Virus record (IMG/VR): IMGVR_UViG_3300037419_000862
Span: 1 to 29,015 of that record
DNA from: a virus
Taxonomy: Duplodnaviria; Caudoviricetes
Length of the DNA stretch: 29,015 nt
Strand: one strand, 5' to 3'
Notes under the pieces: generated by a model
Database searches by the model: none
What the model saw: only the letters and a program-made list of their open reading frames with translations
Told to the model about the DNA's origin: nothing
Program-made: the position numbers and the translations under genes
Shown: piece by piece, positions 25,105 to 29,015 of the stretch
Numbering within the stretch: the stretch's first letter is position 1
How the letters are laid out: the number at the start of each line of letters is the position of its first letter

Positions 25105-26897
25105 GCGTGGCGCGCGTCTATCGGGCCGGAAGCCCATACAACGCGGTCGAGCTCGCCGAGGTCGATTACGAGCAGTCGTTCGACACGATGTACCTCGCGC
25201 ATCTCGACCATCCGCCGGGCAAGCTGATCCGCGCCGGACATACCAGCTGGACCTTCGCGAACCTCGCGTTCCAGTCCTCGATCGCTTCGCCGACCGGCGT
25301 CAGTGCAACGGCGACGACGCCCAACACCGACAGCGCCAATTCCGGCGCGGCCTATTTCCCGCAGGATGCGCGCTACGTCGTCACAGCAATCGACGACGAC
25401 ACGGGGCGCGAGAGCCGCGTCTCGGCAACGGTGACGGTCAGCAACTCGCTCAACCTCCTCAAGAATTACAACACGATTTCGTGGACTGCGGTCGCTGGCG
25501 CCGAGCGTTATCGCATCTACAAGAGCGATGTGACATCGGATTTCGGCTATATCGGCTCGACCGACCAGCTGACCTTCCGCGACGACAATATCGGCCCCGA
25601 CTTCTCCGATGGGCCGCCGCAGGCGTTCAATCCGTTCCCGACCTCGAACGATTATCCCTCGACCGTCGCCTTCTACCAGCAGCGGCTGTTGTGGGGCCGC
25701 ACGAACAATCACCCGAATGGCGTCTTCGGCTCCAGGTCGGGCGAATATGAGAACATGGACGTGACGCGGCCCTTGAAGGCCAGCGACGCGATCGAGTTCG
25801 CGCTCGTCGCCGGCAGGGTCAACGCGGTCAACCAGCTGGTTGGGATGAAGCAATTGCTGGCGCTCACCAGCGACAGCGTCTTCTCGATCAACGGCGGGCA
25901 GCAGGGCTACCTCACGCCTTCGAACATCGTCACAGACCGGCAGACCGGCAGAGGATCCTCGCGGCTCAACCCGCTCGTGATCGACAACGTCGCCTTCTAT
26001 GCCTCGAGCATCGGCTCCTCGATCCTGTCATTGGGCTACGACTTCGCCAGCGACGGTTTCAAGGGCAACGACATCACGATCTTCTCGCCGCACTTCTTCA
26101 AGGGCTTCAGCATCGTCTCGTGGGCCTATGCCGCCGAGCCGTTCTCGGTCGTGTGGGCGGCGCGGAGTGACGGGATGCTGCTCGCCTTCACCTGGCAGCA
26201 GGAGCAGCAGGTCTGGGGCTGGACGCTGTGCGACGTCGGCGGGACCGTCGAAAGCGTCTGCTCGATCTCCGAAGGCGGCGAGGACCGCGTCTATCTCTCG
26301 GTCATGCGCGATGGTGTCAGGTACATCGAGCGCATGGCATCGGCCTTATGGGAGACCGAGGACGACGCGTGCTTCCTCGATGCGGCGGTGACGTACCAAT
26401 TCTCCGAACCCAACGACACGTTGCTCAACCTTCAGCATCTCGAGGGCAAGGCGGTCGTCGCTCTGGCCGACCGGGCGGTCGTCAACGGGCTCGTGGTTCG
26501 TGACGGCCGGGTGACGCTTCCAGAGCCCGCCTATCGCGCCACCGTCGGTCTGCCGTTCACCGCGACCATCGAGACGCTGCCGCTGGCGATGCAGGGGCGG
26601 CAGGGCTGGACGATCGCCAAGCCGTCGCAGGCGACCCGGGTCGCGCTTCGCGTCAAGGACAGCCGCGGCTTCCTTGTCGGGCCGTCAGCCGATGCGCTGG
26701 TCGAGCCGCCGTCGCGCACGACCGAAGCGCCGGGAACGCCGCCTAATCTGCGCACGGGCATCGTCGAAGCGATCATGCCGCCGTACATCCGCAGCGGCGA
26801 CCGGGGCGATGCGGGTGTCAGCATCACCATCCAGTCGAGCGACCCGCTGCCGCTGACGGTGACCGAGGTGATGTACGATCCATCCTTGAGCGAATGA
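25101..26897 (+). CDS. tail tubular protein B (nozzle), remainder
   Basis: YEQSFDTMYLAH, YPSTVAFYQQRL, QEQQVWGW, RYIERM, LQHLEGKAV, VGLPF, PLPLTV. Confidence 0.85.
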   Translation: MSVARVYRAGSPYNAVELAEVDYEQSFDTMYLAHLDHPPGKLIRAGHTSWTFANLAFQSSIASPTGVSATATTPNTDSANSGAAYFPQDARYVVTAIDDDTGRESRVSATVTVSNSLNLLKNYNTISWTAVAGAERYRIYKSDVTSDFGYIGSTDQLTFRDDNIGPDFSDGPPQAFNPFPTSNDYPSTVAFYQQRLLWGRTNNHPNGVFGSRSGEYENMDVTRPLKASDAIEFALVAGRVNAVNQLVGMKQLLALTSDSVFSINGGQQGYLTPSNIVTDRQTGRGSSRLNPLVIDNVAFYASSIGSSILSLGYDFASDGFKGNDITIFSPHFFKGFSIVSWAYAAEPFSVVWAARSDGMLLAFTWQQEQQVWGWTLCDVGGTVESVCSISEGGEDRVYLSVMRDGVRYIERMASALWETEDDACFLDAAVTYQFSEPNDTLLNLQHLEGKAVVALADRAVVNGLVVRDGRVTLPEPAYRATVGLPFTATIETLPLAMQGRQGWTIAKPSQATRVALRVKDSRGFLVGPSADALVEPPSRTTEAPGTPPNLRTGIVEAIMPPYIRSGDRGDAGVSITIQSSDPLPLTVTEVMYDPSLSE

Positions 26898-27346
26898 TCG
26901 AGCTCGTCCCCGCGCGCGAGGAGCATATCGCGCCGATTGCGGCGGGAATGCGCGAGTGGGACCGGCGAGAGACGGCGGCGTTCGGCCGCACACCGGAGCG
27001 CGCGCTGCAGCTGGGCCTCAAGGCGTCGGTCGATTGCATGACCGCGCTCGACGACGGCGAGCCGGTAGCGATGCTCGGCCTCGTGCCGAAGAACGTCCTC
27101 GAAGGCGAGGGCTGTCCGTGGATGCTCGGGACGGATGCGATCTATGCCAATCCGCGCGCGACGCTCGTCCTCAGCCGGCAGATGGTCGAGCGGTGGGCCG
27201 ATTCAACGCCGAGGCTCGTCAACCTAATCGCCGCAGGGAACGACCGGGCTATCCGATATCTCAGGAGGCTCGGCTTCACGGTCGGAGAAGAGCGCTTGGA
27301 TATCGGCGGCACGGATTTCGTGATGTTCACGAGGGAGCGCCGCTAA
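26894..27346 (+). CDS. T7 gp13-like / GNAT-fold internal virion protein A-like
   Basis: MREWDRRE, GCPWMLGT, NDRAIRYLRRLGF; synteny. Confidence 0.75.
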   Translation: MIELVPAREEHIAPIAAGMREWDRRETAAFGRTPERALQLGLKASVDCMTALDDGEPVAMLGLVPKNVLEGEGCPWMLGTDAIYANPRATLVLSRQMVERWADSTPRLVNLIAAGNDRAIRYLRRLGFTVGEERLDIGGTDFVMFTRERR

Positions 27347-27859
27347 ATGTGCGATCCCGTAACCATCGGCCTCGTCGTCGCCGGGACCGCCGCTCAGATG
27401 GCCGGCCAGTACGTCCAGGGCCAGGCGGCCTACACCAACGCGAAGTACCAGGAGGCGGCGGCGCAGGCGAACGCGAAGCTCGCAGCCGACCAGGCGCACG
27501 AATCCGACATCCTGACGAGCAAGCAGGCGGCGCAGCGCTACCGCGACGCGGCGCAGCTCGAAGGCCAGCAGCAGGCGGCGATGGCCGCCAACGGCGTCGA
27601 CATCAACTTCGGCTCGCCGGTCGACGTGCTCAAGGACAGCAAGATGGTCGCCGCCGAGGACGTCGGCAACATCTACGAAGGCGGCAAGAACCGGACGATG
27701 GGCTATCTCTACGACGCCTATAACGACCGGCTGAAGGCGTCGGCGGCTTCAGATGCCGCAAGCTCTGCCGGGCTCGCCACCGCGTTCGGGATGATCGGTA
27801 CCGCGCTCGGCGGCGCATCGCAGATCAACAAGATCTACGCCGGGCAGAAGGCGGGCTGA
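27347..27859 (+). CDS. internal virion (ejection) protein, T7 gp14-like
   Basis: MCDPVTIGL..., Ala/Gln-rich, AAMAANGVDINFGSPVDVL. Confidence 0.8.
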   Translation: MCDPVTIGLVVAGTAAQMAGQYVQGQAAYTNAKYQEAAAQANAKLAADQAHESDILTSKQAAQRYRDAAQLEGQQQAAMAANGVDINFGSPVDVLKDSKMVAAEDVGNIYEGGKNRTMGYLYDAYNDRLKASAASDAASSAGLATAFGMIGTALGGASQINKIYAGQKAG

Positions 27860-29015
27860 TGCCAGTCGTCCCGCTCGCAAGGAATGAGGTCGATCTCCCT
27901 TCGCCGGGGATCAGCGCGCGCGTCGAAGCGCCCAACATGGGCGCCGGCGGCGAGATGGTCGGGCGTGCGCTGCAAGGACTGGGAAACGAGCTCGACGACG
28001 CGGCCGAGCGTCAGGAACAAGTCAACATCATCCACGACAACGCCGCGACCAAGGAAGGGACGAGCCGCGTCCTCACCGGCTTCACGCAGATGGGCTACAC
28101 CGGCCCGGACGCCTATTTCCAGAAGGATGGCCGCGATGCGGTCGAGGCGCAGCCGGTCGTCACCAAGAACCTTGACGACCTGATCAAGCAAACTCGCGAC
28201 AGCCTCAACAATCCCCACCAGCAGAAGATGTTCGACATCGCGATGGGGCCATTGCGAGCGGAGTGGGGCATCAAGATCGCCGAACACGCCGCGCAGCAGG
28301 AGAAGGTCTACGACAATGACCAGAGCGCGGGCCTCCAGTCGAGCACCGCCGAGCTCGCCAAGGCGCAATATCTGACGGCTCCCGATCTTGCCGAGAAGCA
28401 GATCGACACCGGCTTGACCGAAGTCGATCGCTACTGGCGCTCGCAGGGTGCGCCCGAGCCGTTCATCGCGGCGAAGAAGCTGGAATATACCTCCGGCATC
28501 TACAAGGACGTCGGCGCGAACCTCGCCTATTCCGGGCCGGACGGCCCCAAGCTCGCGCAGGCGCTGCTCGACAAGCACGGCGACTCGATGACGGCGGACG
28601 ACCGCTATGCCGTCGCGACCCACGCGCGCGTCGCTCAGAACACGCTCGACGCGCAGGCGCGGCAGGCCGAGGCCGATCAGCGTCGGCTCGTGGAGCAGGC
28701 GCAGAAAGACGCGCGGCTGCGCGCCACGACGGCGGCGGGGATGCTCGACAGCGGTCTCCCGATGGACCCGAAGACCTACGCCTCGGCGGTCGCGGACGCC
28801 CAGACTGCGCAGGACGTAGCGCTGCTCAAGAAGCTGCAGGACGGGCAGCTCAAGAACACGACCCTGTTCACGCACCAGCGCGACACGCCGCTCGAACTTC
28901 AAAACCAGATCAACCAGATGTCGGCGGAGATTACGCAGGCAGGCGTCAAGGCCGACCCGAACAAGATCATCCAGCGCGACGCGCTCCAGCAGCTCTACAA
29001 CAATTCCTCGGAGCA
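27859..29015 (+). CDS. large internal virion (ejection) protein, runs off right edge
   Basis: Not in ORF track (no stop in window). ATG 27859: MPVVPLARNEVDLPSPGISARVEAPNMGAGGEMVGRALQGLGNELDDAAERQ..., helical Ala/Gln-rich. Confidence 0.8.
   Translation, partial: MPVVPLARNEVDLPSPGISARVEAPNMGAGGEMVGRALQGLGNELDDAAERQEQVNIIHDNAATKEGTSRVLTGFTQMGYTGPDAYFQKDGRDAVEAQPVVTKNLDDLIKQTRDSLNNPHQQKMFDIAMGPLRAEWGIKIAEHAAQQEKVYDNDQSAGLQSSTAELAKAQYLTAPDLAEKQIDTGLTEVDRYWRSQGAPEPFIAAKKLEYTSGIYKDVGANLAYSGPDGPKLAQALLDKHGDSMTADDRYAVATHARVAQNTLDAQARQAEADQRRLVEQAQKDARLRATTAAGMLDSGLPMDPKTYASAVADAQTAQDVALLKKLQDGQLKNTTLFTHQRDTPLELQNQINQMSAEITQAGVKADPNKIIQRDALQQLYNNSSE

Noticed and set aside
1-29015. CRISPR array, tRNA/rRNA, IS element, integrase/att site, lysis genes
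   Set aside because: None recognised; integrase and lysis genes probably lie outside the window.

Overview
GC-rich temperate podovirus/prophage segment, most likely from an alphaproteobacterial host (GapR-like gene; GANTC sites look sparse). Left to right: leftward early arm (RecT, YqaJ exonuclease, small ORFs), lambda-like immunity switch (CI with S24 domain, Cro-like and CII-position HTH genes, GTAGGA-N4-TCCTAC operators), rightward early/replication arm (GapR-like, RusA, DnaA-C HTH, ParB-like DGQHR protein, Gp88-like Cys-rich protein, AAA_25 helicase, candidate iteron/cruciform origin), terminase genes split by a secreted thermonuclease, and BPP-1/T7-like portal, scaffold, capsid, cement, tail tube, split tail nozzle and internal virion genes. 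Two things stand out. First, a ~5.4 kb accessory cassette between terminase and portal encodes a head-spike-like Ig/SPRY fibre, a GH74-like Asp-box propeller and an oppositely oriented FkbM methyltransferase. Second, a recurring element GCGATTCAA-N18-TA-N10-ATG sits at identical spacing before three late start codons and contains a CcrM GANTC site; it looks like a leaderless late promoter. All product calls come from motif recognition by eye; no database searches were run.
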